Source: Octopus bimaculoides (Eukaryota). Taken from it: a stretch of DNA of 63,973 bases. Where the stretch lies: NCBI RefSeq assembly GCF_001194135.2, contig NC_068989.1:85845111-85909083 (forward strand), written 5' to 3'. The notes under the pieces are model-generated. The model worked only from the letters and a program-made list of their open reading frames with translations. It searched no databases and had not been told where the DNA came from. Position numbers and translations under genes: made by a program. Below are positions 36,913 to 50,336 of the stretch, piece after piece (within the stretch, counting starts at the first letter, position 1; each line of letters starts with the position of its first letter).

Positions 36913-39900
36913 TGAGTTGCTGAGGCTGATAAGTCAGATTTGACCTGGGGCTAAACAACAGAATAACAAGAATAACAAGTACAAAAGCCATCTCTCTTTT
37001 AACATGTAAAATTTATGTTTTGGTGTTGTTTTTTTTTCCCTTTTTGCAGGTATCAAGTGGGGCAATAGACTTGGCCAAAAATAACATGAAGAATATGTTG
37101 ATTCTTTGTGCCAAAGAGATTCCAGATGCAACAAATGATCTCCTTGCAGTTCAGAAACAGTCTTTCCACGATGTCACCTTGGAGCTTGTACGGCAGGTGA
37201 CCTCTTCAAATACCTTGATAAGAGAGCAGGTAAGATTGGAGTGACCTCTTGAAGGACCTTAATAAGTGGGTGGGTACATTGAGGGGCCTCTCCAAATACC
37301 TTGTTATAGGGAAAGCTGCGACTTCTTCACATATCTTAGTAAAGAGACAACTAAGATCAGGCAACCTCTTTTATGTTTTGGGTTGAGCACACATGAATGG
37401 CTTTTTTAAAAAATAATCTAACAATTGCCAGCATCACGTAAAAAGTACCTATGGGATGAGGTGGTGAAGCATGACCTTCAAACACTGGGCCTCACAGAGG
37501 TAATGACAAGTGACCGATACCTTTGGAGAAATGCTGTGATTGAGAAGACCCGGCAACTAAAGTTAGATTGCAGCCACATATGTCCAGCCCAGTTAAGAGT
37601 ACCCCTGATGCGTTGTGCGATGTGGTATGCTTGAGAAAACCTGTTGAGTCAAGTAAAACCAATATTGTAGCTGTGGCCAGTGCCCTCTGACTGGCTCCTG
37701 TGCCAGTGCATGTAAAAAGCACCATCCGAATGCGGTCAATGCCAGTGGAATGTAAAAAGCACCATCCGAATGTAGCCAATGCCAGTACCCGCTGACTGGC
37801 CCCAGTGCCGGTGGTATGTAAAAAGCACTATCCGAACATGATCGATGCCAGGCTTGCCTGACTGGCTCCTGTGCTGGTGGCATGTATAAAGCACTCGCTA
37901 TGCTCTTGGAGTGGTTGGCATTAGGAAGAGCAGCCAACTGTAGAAACATTGCCAGATCAGATTGGAGCCTGGTGCAGCCGCTGGTTCTCTAGACCTCAGT
38001 CAAACCATTCAATCCATGCTAACATGGAAAATAGATGTTAAAACGATGATGATGATGAAACCAGTATACTCAACTAGATGTATAATGTTGAGGAATTATA
38101 CTGAATTATAACAAGATTCAGATGCAGTCTGAAAAGGAGAAGACTGCTCTGCTATGGGTGTGTGATGCATGCAGAGGATGGCAGTTGTGTAGAGAAGTGC
38201 CCCACACATTGGTAATGTATTGTGTCAGTTAAGTGTTGGTTGAAGTCATGATCTAACATGATGTTTGATAATATATTTAACTCAAACTTCTTGGATTGAT
38301 CTATAATATTCTACTACTTCCATTAGATTTGATATTGTTTTATCACACTGTGCTATATCTGTCCCTTTTTCATATGTTTAATTCTTTAAAAAGTCAAATT
38401 AAATCTCTCATCTTGGAAGATAAAGTTCCAAAGACAAAATTATAATTGTTTTAACTATTAACTTCATCTCCAGCAATAAAAGAGTTATCAATATTTGCAT
38501 CCACACTGTTTCAATTGGTTTAATTTCATTTCATCATTAGGTGTCATATTTTCTTTTTAAACTCCACATAGAGTAGGAAGCGCAGTACCCATGAGCCTCT
38601 GTTTTTCTGAAGTTTCAAGATTGACGGGAAGAAGGCTGGAATTATCCTCAAATCATAAACCTGGCTCAAATGCTTGCTAAAGAGTGAACTTTGCTGTATG
38701 TATCCATGATGTCAAACAAGGCAACACATTGAGTTCACACAGTACTAGACTGGATCCAAACTAGGAATGCTTATATCTAATCAAAGAGTTACATTATTCT
38801 TATCTACAAGATCGCTGATGCATATCCATGTATCAGTATCCTCATGGATAAAATTTAGAGCTTGAATCCAGTCTGGCATTGATGTACGCATCCAGGAATA
38901 AGATACATGAGAACAACCAGTAATCAGTGGGATTGAAACATAGAGTAGACATAAATATTGTAATAAATTCTATCATATCTAAAGATGAAATTTAATACTT
39001 AGAGCAATTGTAATTGTATTAACGATGTCTAATTTTGTGTGGACATTTTATTTTCTTATTGCTAGGCAATGAATGCTTTAGAAGTATTGGCGGAGACAAC
39101 CGGCAAAACAGTTACCGACATAATGGAGCCGCACAAAGAGGTTATGCAGGATATGATCCCCCCCAAGAAGCATCTTCTGCACCATCAGCCAGCGCATGTT
39201 CAGATTGGATTGATGGTCAGTTCAGCGTCTCTCTCTCTCTATCTCTCTTTTCATGTATTGTTGACTATGGTGAAATTGAAGTTGACAATATTATCAAGAC
39301 TGAAGATAATGAAATTGTAGCTGACTTTAATAAAGCTAAGTGTGACAATGACAAATTTGACAGTGAACCACTAGGTTTATTTCTGCTAATTGATCTGTAT
39401 TTCATCTGATTTCTGAAAATTTTCTCTTTCTGTAAGACCATTGTGCTGAATCAGAATAGATTATTATCGTTATTATTAATATTAATATTCCACTGTGGTT
39501 CCAGTAAAATGAAGAATATGACAAAAGTCTTTTGAAATATTGGTGGTAGAAAACTATTGACAAGACTGTATAAATGCCGCCTGTTGTCTTGAAGTTGAAT
39601 GTGTTTTAATCCTATTTTCTAGGAAGGGAGCACGTTCTGTACAACTCTACAGCCGAGACTTTTTACCATAGATCTCTTGAAAATGGAACACAAGGTCTTT
39701 TTTGCTGAGGTATGCTCTTGTTTATCCTTCAGCTTTTCTTCTCTTTGTATTTTTGACTCTTTCCATATATATTTTTCTTCTCTTTGTATTTTTGACTCTT
39801 TCCATATATATTTTTCTTCTCTTTGTATTTTTGACTCTTTCCATATATATTTTTCTTCTNNNNNNNNNNNNNNNNNNNNNNNNNNNNNNNNNNNNNNNNN

Positions 39901-42900
39901 NNNNNNNNNNNNNNNNNNNNNNNNNNNNNNNNNNNNNNNNNNNNNNNNNNNNNNNNNNNNNNNNNNNNNNNNNNNNNNNNNNNNNNNNNNNNNNNNNNNN
40001 NNNNNNNNNNNNNNNNNNNNNNNNNNNNNNNNNNNNNNNNNNNNNNNNNNNNNNNNNTTGACTCTTTCCATATATATTTTTCTTCTCTTTGTATTTTTGA
40101 CTCTTTCCATATATATTTTTCTTCTCTTTGTATTTTTGACTCTTTCCATATATATTTTTCTTCTCTTTGTATTTTTGACTCTTTCCATATATATTTTTCT
40201 TCTTTTCTGTTACTTTGTTACTCTCTGTTTCCCCATCATTGTGTTTTCAATTGTCTGTCTTTGAAATGTATTTTAATTGATTCTCAATTTTTTGTTATTG
40301 TCAGCTCTTGAATCTTTCAAATGCTGAAGATTCTGCTCTGATGAAGATGGCCTGTTACAAGAATATTTCCAACTTAGTTCCACTCCGCAAGAGTACTTTA
40401 CGTAAGTAACATATCTTCTGGAATGCTAATCATATGCAAATCACTTCTCACGTTAAATGATAAATGATGATGTGATTCAGCTAATGATATAGTTGTTGTT
40501 TTTAGCCCATGTCAGTCAGAGACATTCCAATAGTGACCATCCTGTATATTTTCCAAACACAATGTAACTGAAACTACATTATACTCCCATTTTTTTATGA
40601 CAACAGTGTATGATTTGAGGGTGCCATTTTGCTGTTGTATCTAGCAGGTCAAGTAACCATGTAGAGGCTTCCTTGTTTTCTCAAGATGCAGCTGCTTTGG
40701 TAGTTAGTAGCAGCTGAATACTAAATATGTTCTGTTCCTTTTAATATCTCTGTATCTGTGTGTTTTATAGGAGCCTTAGCTGCGTGCCATTATATCCAAC
40801 CGAGTCGAGAAAAAATCTTCCACTTGCTTTACAAAGCATTAGACAGCAGCAATACAGAACTGCAACAGGCAGCTCATGAGTGTATGAGAAAGGTATGTAT
40901 ATAGGTGTGTGTGAGTGTATGTAAATGTATACGGACGTGTATGTATGTATATAAGCATGCACATAATGTATCAAGCTACATATGTATTAAGCTATGTATC
41001 CACTTTTGCATATACAATCATTGTACATTATCATCATTATTGTATGCGTATGCATATATATATTGGGTCATCCCATAAATAATGCAGTTTTTTCAATTGC
41101 ATGAACTAAAAGTCAGAGGGGGACAGGATAGACTACCTGCATCAACTTGCTATAAAAGCAGGTAGTAATTTTACTTTGTACTTATTCTTAGCGCAAGTTT
41201 TGATGAGTGCAGTTCGATTTTAAGTTATTTTTTCAAAGCTATAATGGAAGTGACAAAGGAGCATATTCGGCATATTTTGCTTTATGAGTTCAATAAAGGC
41301 AACAACGCAATGGAAAGTGCAAGGAATATTAATGCAGTGTATGGAGATTAGACAATAAGTGTAAGCCAGTGTCAATGGTGGTTCCAGAAATTTTGAACCG
41401 GAAACTACAGCCTCGAAGGCGAGCCTCATCCTGGAAGATATGTAGAGCTCGACGAGGACATCCTGCAAACTTTGGTGGGAACATAATGCTGTAAATTGTT
41501 CCCCCGATGATCTATTGTGGTTCAGCATCCTGCTGCACTTCGAGCATTCAATGCATAGGTTGCAGAGAACCACACCAATGACACATATGTAGGGAGCAAA
41601 TGATATAAACTTGTATTTATTTTAATTACTCCTACATTTATATGGCTGTGAGGTTAGAAGTTTGCTTCCCAGCCACATGGTTCCATGTTCAGTCCCACTG
41701 CATGGCACTTTGGGAAAGTATCTTCCACTATAGCTTTGGGCCAACCAATGACTGAAACCAGTACTGAAATGTTTTTTATAAAATTATTTTAGCACTTTCT
41801 ACCTTGACTTTTTTTCTGTATATATGTCTTTGTGTCTGCATTTGTCCTCCCTGCTACTGCTTGATGTTAAATGATAAGGATATATATATATATGAGATAT
41901 ATATAATATATATATACATATACATACGCATATTACTGCTCATTGTTATGTATCTTTATGTGTTGTATGTGTGATTTATGCCTATGAATGCCGTGTGTGT
42001 ATTCTGCCTCTGCATGTTTGTGTCTTTGTTTTCTGTATTGTGTGTGTTGTACATGTGACTTGAACCTGTTGTAATCTAATTTCTGTTTCTCACCACCAGT
42101 TTATCTCTGGCTTCAACATTGATATGGAAATGGTTCACGGCGACATGCGACCCCTTCTCGGCTTGCTCGGTGACTACCGCAACCTCAACTTAAATGTGAT
42201 ACAGCGTCTCACTAGCCTCACCCAACTCTTCCCACACACTTTTAAAGAGAAACTTCTTGAACAATTATTGGTAAGTCAACCCACTGCCTCAGTGTATCTT
42301 CAATCAATCACGTCACGGCACAAAGGCTAGCACTAGTTCGCTCTGTCTTTCATTGCGTCATAGAATATAACAGAACAGTACTTGAACATGTTTAACTATA
42401 TCTACTATTACATCATAGAGCAGAAGTTGACACTGGTTCTTGATAACTTCCAGTTATATCACTGAACAAAATCTGACACTAACCCACTTCATGCATGTGT
42501 TTTGCTTTTTTGATAATTCCAACATTTCTTTTTAGACACATCTGAAGAAATTCATGGAAGTGGCGATCTCAAACCAAAAAAGTGGTCAACAACGAAATAA
42601 CGGTCAAGTCTTGTCTCAGGTAAGATTTAAAAGTCAATTTTTGTTGCCCAGTCCTGTGTGCAATGTCCTCCCTTTTTTTCAATAGATAATAGTGTGTGAT
42701 TTCATTGCTTTTTCTAGCAGACCAAGCAGTCACATATGAAGCACCCTTATTGCCTAGTTGTTGTAGTAGTTGTTGCATAAGTCTGCTTGATCAGGTCCAC
42801 CTTGATTGACCATACTTATGGTTAAAGACATTCCAGTTATGACCATGTCATCTTTTGTCATAAATCTGTCATTCTCATTGCAGGAATTGAAAATTTGTGC

Positions 42901-45900
42901 TGCCATTATCAACATCTTTCACTTAGTGCCAACTGCAACCCAGAAGATTATTGAACCCCTAACGAGACTAATTTTCCAAACAGAAAAGGCCCTATTTATG
43001 GAGGTAAGTACACTATTACTTTCTCTCTCTTTTTTTTTTTTTTTGTGGAGGCGCAATGGCCCAGTGGTTAGGGCAGCGGACTCGTGGTCATAGGATCGCG
43101 GTTTCAATCCCCAGACCGGGCGTTGTGAGTGTTTATTGAGGGAAAACACCTAAAGCTCCACGAGGCTCCAACAGGGGATGGTGGTGAACCCTGCTGTACT
43201 CTTCCACCACAGCTTTCACTCTTACTTCCTGTTGTGCCTGTAATTCAAAGGGTCAGCCTTGTCACACTGTGTCACGCTGAATATCTCCGAGAACTACGTT
43301 AAGGGTACACGTGTCTGTGGAGTGCTCAGCCACTTGCACGTTAATCTCACGAGCAGGCTGTTCCGTTGATCGGATCAACTGGAACCCTCAACGTCGTAAG
43401 CGACGGAGTGCCAAACAACTTTCTCTTTTGAATATCAGCTGTGGTTTTAGCTCCACCTTTTTTTTTACCTTACATTTTTGTATTCTTTTTTGGCTGAAGA
43501 AATAGAAGTGAAGTCGCAACAATAATAGAATGGTGGGTTAAATGTCTTGTAGTGGTTGAGGAAAGTCTTCTTAATGAGCTTAAGCATAGCTAGTAACCAC
43601 AATGTTTTGGATTTGATCTTGCTAGGTGATTCCTTAGGCAGATGCCATCTATGATAGCCTCAGATGATTGCTAATATCTTCTAAGTCAAATTTGGTAAAT
43701 GGATTCAGGGTTTCGTCCTCCATCTCCCCATTGCATCTGTCTTGGAGTCTCACTTCCAACTAAGCTATGCAAAGCATAATGTATGTTGCCGAATGTCCTG
43801 TCCTGCTGTCTATTATATCTATATATTGTGGAGGAATTATCAAATAAAACTTCATCTATCTCTTTTGCACAGGCTGGCAGTCCATTTAGAGAACCCCTCT
43901 TGAAGTTCCTACTTCGTTTCCCAGGACCAACTGTAGAATTGTTCCTCAATGACAACACAATTATTGACCAACAATGGACGAGATATTTAGAGGTAAGTTT
44001 CTCTTCCATTTCCTTTCCTGTTCCACATATTTCCATTTTTACAGCCATCATTTTTCCTTCACTTATACCAAACTGTTGTTTGGTTAGAGGTGAGGGTCAC
44101 ACCTTTTCATGTTAGTTGGTCTTGTTTATTTGTTTTTGAATTATTTATCTATTACAGTTTATTGTGAAACATAAAGATGCTCAGGTGATCCGAGATGTAA
44201 TCATGGCCAACCCAATGAGACTAGTCACCATGGCTCTCAAGAACATTCAGGTATCTTATTCCATTATGAAGTCCTTTATTTGAACCCTCCTAGCCCCGCA
44301 CACAACCTACTAATGTTGATGTCAAAATCTAAAGAACGGTGGATTAGGGACTATTGAAATTATTATATTACACTGTAGCTATTTGTATCGAACTTTAATA
44401 CATTTGTTGAGCCTGATGGGTTGTTTTGCTAAATTCAGCCTCAGATGACAATTTGGTCATTCTTGTTAACCTTTTCAAAACCAAATTTCTGTATGTTTCA
44501 ATTAATTTTGAGAGATTTGATAAAATTAAAAATTCCTTTCTTTATTGGTATTTTAAGCAAAACTGAACAAAAAAAAAAAAATTTAGATGGAGTTGTACTT
44601 GATCTGAAACTGAAGCAACTACATGGTGGTAGAGTCATTTAATAACATACTTAGATATGTCATGAGCCCCAAGATTGATAAGGCTGGTGATTAACCCAGT
44701 TTCCATAGCATATGACTGGGATTACAATACTGAACAGGACATCAGGCCATCACAGGATTAATTTCCTACCTATTGCTGGAATTCATTTACAGCTGGATGG
44801 ACCTAAGCAATGTGAAGTGTTTTACTCAAGAGTACAATTTGCTGCCTCATCCAGGAATTGAAACCATAATCTTACCATTGTGAGTGCAACACCCTAACCA
44901 CTATGTCATGCACTTCCAGTTAAACAATGCACAGAGCTGCTAAATTCACTTTAAATTTATTACATAATGAGTCAAAATTTTCATTGCACAACTGTAACCT
45001 GGTCACTGACATGGATGAATGTGGGCTTCGTTAAAGGTGCCATATGGCCAGGTGATGGTGTTAAACTGTGCAATGAATTAAACCTACCACCTAAGTAGAC
45101 CTGGACAGGATTTGAATTTAGAGTGCAAAGAGACAACGAATACCATAAGACATCCAATCCAGTGTTCTTACAGTTCCATCAGTCCACCAGCCTGGGTATA
45201 TCCACTCAAAATTCAATTATCATTAACTGTGGAAAGCAATTATATTCCATGGCTTTGAAAAAAAACCTCTTCTTATGCTACAAGAAATGGAGACACCCCT
45301 TGTGACACTTTTTATGAAAGACAGTTTTTCAGATTTTCTAAATATTTTCACATCATCGAACATCTTTTTATAGAGCAAGAATTCAAGTATTTTCAGTGGT
45401 GGATATGGAAACTATATTTACAGGAGATGCCAAAAAAGTTTTTTTAGATGCAGAAATTATCATTTCTATTTTTTGAGGGATAATTACCATCATTAAGGGG
45501 AATGTCCATGAAATTTAATTATGCAGCCAAACGGTTAAATATGAACAATTTAAAACATTTTGTATCATGAAACTAAAAGTAGATTCATGTGATTTGGTAT
45601 TGAAATGTTTACCAAGAAATGCCAGTCTCAAAACACTGTAACACTATATATGGTTTCTTGAATATAGTAATCCCTCAACTATCATCCCAAGGCCCCTCCC
45701 CCCACGATAAGTGAAAATCCACGAAGTAGAAACAATGTTGTACTGTATATATTTTTATAATTATTTTTATAATTTGCATATATATATATTATTATAAATG
45801 CAAAACAACACCACGAAGGAATCGTTGTAAGCTTAAATAATAAACCGTGATGGGTGAACAACAATATGGCGAGGGATTATTGTATTGTAAAAGAAATGAT

Positions 45901-48900
45901 TTTTCTTGTTGTTGCTGTTTTTGCAGATTTTTTCTGAGTGCATTCTATATATTTGATATAAGAACAAGTTGGTCCATAGATTTAATAGATACAAATTGAT
46001 CTGTATATTTGGATTACACCTGCTTTTGCAACCATTAGTGAAAATAATTTTTCACATTATCCATGTGTTTATAGCCAAATGCAGAATGCATTGGTCCTTA
46101 AACTTAAAAATATCAAATCCCCACCACTACCAAAATATTAGTGAAATGTTTTGTCTCTCCTGCCTTACAGTTGTTTGCATTGCTATGATTCATGTTCTGT
46201 TTTGTTTTTTTTACAGAATGCACAAGATATGCAACATGCACAAGACATCAAAGCAGAAATGCAATTCCAGGCAATAAGGTTGATTAGTCTTTTAGTAGAA
46301 ATGAATGAAACATGGTTGTCAGACCAAGTCTTAGCTGTAAGTATTTATTTCTCATTTCTGTTCTAGGTTTACATTTGTTTTTAGCAAAAGCCACTGTTCT
46401 TGCTGTTGCTGCTCCTCGTTTCTTCTAAAAACTGTTGTTTGTCATCTTGTTTCAGCTATGGCTGTTGTCCTCATCTCATTTCAGCACCAACTATCACCAT
46501 TATTTCATCTCATAATCCTCATCATTATATTTTAGCAATAACTGTTGCCTTTCTCCTCCTCCTCATCTATCATTTCTTCCTCACTGTCCTTTCTTTTCAC
46601 CTCTTTCTCCTTCTCAAAAGCCTTTACTGTCTCTTATTTCACCAGTAATTATTGTCTTTCATTTTCAAAATGCTTTAATCACCTTAGAAACAACATTAAG
46701 TATTCATCAATCAGTTGACATTTCCAATCAATTCTGTCTATGGACTCTACACTTTAGCATCTCTACAACCTTTCACTGAGTAACTGTTTAAATGTGGTAT
46801 GATATGGCTATGGAATGGTGTGGAGATAGAAACTAGATTTGGATACCTTATCAATTTGTTAATTAGTGTCCTGCAATCTTGTTAAGTCGAAATTTTATAA
46901 GGTTGACTTAGCCCTTTATTGCCTCCAGAGCTCATTTTGGAGCTGCAGGTTTGGCAGTCTGGTTAAGGATTTCACTTCACAAGCATGTGGTTTTCAGTCC
47001 CACTGCATGGTACCTTGGGCAAGTATTTTCTGATTTGGTACTGGTTCATCCAATCCCATTTTTTTTCTTTGTATGAAACTGGTGTGAGAAAGGGACTTAG
47101 AATTACAAAATTATAAAAACATCACATCCTCAGATCAAATACTTAGACTGAATGTTTGCAACAGACTGAACTTCACTAGAGGTATCTAGGGGCCAGCTCA
47201 TGGTGATGTTAAATCAGACAAAGAGTACGACCCCTTAGTTATCTGGACCCTACAATCACATAACTACACTGACATTTTCTGTTAAGTGTACATGTGTATC
47301 CAAAATGTTTAATCCACTCCTATTATTCTTTCTTTAAAAGGTGGCCAAGTTAAGAATGATTTGGACATCAGATAGTTTTCAGGAAAAACATAAAAAAATT
47401 GTAAGTATTTCAAAACTTCCATTTCTCTTTTATTTCTGAGATTGGTTTTTAGTATTCCACTGAGTATTCCTTAAATACATGGATAACATTCCCTTATCAG
47501 GTTTTCTGATTGTTCTAATTCTTGTTATTCTCTGTCGATTGAGAAAGACACCACCCACCACTCACTCACCTGCAGCCTATAGCCTGTATTCCACAAACTT
47601 GACAATTATCAAAATGTACAAAACTTCAATAATCATTTTCTCAGTAAAATGAAAAATGAATAAAATAACTCGATTTTAGTGATTTAGCTGTTGTTTCATG
47701 CAGGTTGAGTGACCATGGAGAGGATCTTCTGCTGGTTCATGGCAATACTGATGGCTGTTGCAGTGCTGAGTCAACTCTTTAAAATGGTTGGCATTAAGGG
47801 CATCCAACCATAGAAACTGTGCCAAAACAGTTAATGGATCTTGATACTGTCCACTGGCTTGTCAGATCCTATTGAACCATCCGATTTATGCCAACTTGGA
47901 AGCTGGACGTTAAATGATAAATTTGGAAACAGGCTCTTGTAGACTCATTTACTCCTATGTATAACGCTACCTGAAGAATTTTTCATTGAAACTCCCTGAG
48001 TTAAGAGTATTCATCAGCATACATACCAAAATTTATCACTTTTTTATAAAATAAACATTTTATTTCATAAGTAATTCACATAAGAATTTTGTTTTGTAAA
48101 ATATTTTATATAATTATTTTATTTAACAGATATATTATAACATTAGCGGTTTTGTGTAATAAATACTTTATAACCAGTTTTTAAAAAGTGCTTTTTAAAT
48201 GTTGTTGGTTTCAATCTGTATAATAGTTGTGTTTGTTTGCAGGACAATTTGGACTACATTCACTGGCAAGAACCAGCTCTCTTAGTTCGATGTCTTTTAA
48301 CATACTTCAAGTAAGTGATCTGCTTCAGTCATGTTATAACATTTTTTTTCTCCAGTGTTGGTACAGGTTGGATTAGTCTGCAGTACAATGTCTCCTTGTG
48401 AATTTCTATGCTGTCAGAATCAACATCCATGTGTCAGTCACATATTGTCTGTCAGAATCAACGTCCATGTGTTGTCTATCAGAATCACCGTCCATGTATC
48501 AGTTACATGTTGTGTTCACAGCTTTGGCATATTACATCCACGAGTTAGTGATAATTTTAGTGACTGATGGGTGGAAAGAAGCCTGCTCCTAGATATTTAC
48601 AGCAGTTCAGACTCTGCTAAAGACCTCCAAGGACCAGATAGTGGTGATAAACCAGTGGACAGATTAATTCTATCACCCAAAAACAGGAGCAGTTTTTTGA
48701 GCAGGTTTCCATACCATTTTGCTGGGAGTGAATTTCACTCCTAAGTCTTTGGCTATTCTCATTGTCTCTATATATTTCTGCATGTGTGTGTGTGAGTGAT
48801 AGTCTCCAGTGCCATAAACTGAATGTCCAGTCAGCCATACCAAATTGTCAGCATCCAAATACCTGTGTCCAATTGTTTCATTCTGTCAATGCTTATATTT

Positions 48901-50300
48901 CAGACATCACACCAAGGAAATTGACCTCCTCTTCCAGATATTAAGATGCTTCATCAACCGGTACATTCCACAGTTTCAGTTTGTAAAGGACTTTCTAGAT
49001 GATGTTGTTGCTGCGGTTAGTAAATTTTTTAATGAAACTTCTCCTCCTCACATCATTAGATAAGGGTAGGGCCTTGTGTCTCTTCAAAACAGATCCAATG
49101 TGAAAGCACACCAAGAGGGATATATGAATTAGTTGTGTGATAAAACATGGCGGAGGGTTCTTTATTTCAGTCGTTAAACAAGCTGTGGCGCCATCTTGAA
49201 AGGTTTTACTCAAACAGGTCAGCCCCAGTAATTTTAAGTATTTTTAAGCCTGATCTCTTTTGCCTGACACACTGGTTGTCATGCAGATGGAGTAGGAGAA
49301 GAAATACAGGCACAAAGAGATACACACATATATATAGATGTTGGATAGAGTGTCAGGCTCATAATCACGAGGTCGTGAGTTCGATTCCTGGACCGGGCTG
49401 TGTGTTGTGTTCTTGAGCGAGACGCTTTATTTCCTGTTGCTTCAGTTCACTCAGCTGTAGAAATGAGTTGCGACGTCACTGGTGCCAAGCTGTATCGGCC
49501 TTTGCCTTTCCCTTAGATAACATTCATGGCATGGAGAGGCAGGGTCTGGTATGCATGGGCGACTGCTGGTCTTCCATATACAAACTTGCCTGGAGTTGTG
49601 CCTCGGAGGGGAACTTTCTAGGTGCTATCCCACGATCATACATGATCGATGAGTGTGTATGCATGCGCATGCGCATATGTGTGTGTATATATGTATATAT
49701 ATTGAAAAGTTAATCAAGAAGCAGATAAAGCTATACTAACCTGGAAATATTGGGTTAAAAATCCCTTTTGGACAGACCAAGCTGAAGGTTGCCTGTCCCA
49801 AGGACAGCTTTCAAGATTCACCATTCCAAAAATGATTTAATGTCCTTGAAGTTTCTAAATTTTTATGACGTTACCAATGTACTTGAGGCTTCCACACAGT
49901 TTCTGTTTGCTAGATTCACTCACAAAGCAATGGTTGACCCAGGATTAGAGTAAAATGTAGCTGCTTGAGGTGCCATGCAGTGGGAGTGAACCTGAAAGCA
50001 CATAGCCATGTCTTTGCCTATTTAGATTCTTGGCTTTTTATTTATAAAGAAATTTGTTTATTTTTTTTTATTTTAAAAAATTGTTTCTGTCTTATAATAT
50101 TCACAGACCTATCCTGTAGAATGGAAGCGAGATGCTTTTTTTAAGTTTGTCGATGTCTTCCATTTGAAGAACTGCCCCCAAGAATTGAAAGCCAAGGTTT
50201 GTTCTCATCCTGTTTTTTTCTTTTTAAGTATATATGTGTATCCAAATATCGGACAATGTGTGTGTCAGTTTATCCATCTCTAAGAACCTCATTGCCACCG

Positions 50301-50336
<36 letters not shown>

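Noticed and set aside
38744-38876. Nested inverted matches (AGACTGGAT/ATCCAGTCT; TATCCATG/CATGGATA)
   Set aside because: Short stems without box motifs; could arise by chance in AT-rich intron.
43047-43120. tRNA-like sequence with A and B boxes
   Set aside because: It continues directly into a repeated SINE body and has no complete cloverleaf; a SINE head, not a tRNA gene.
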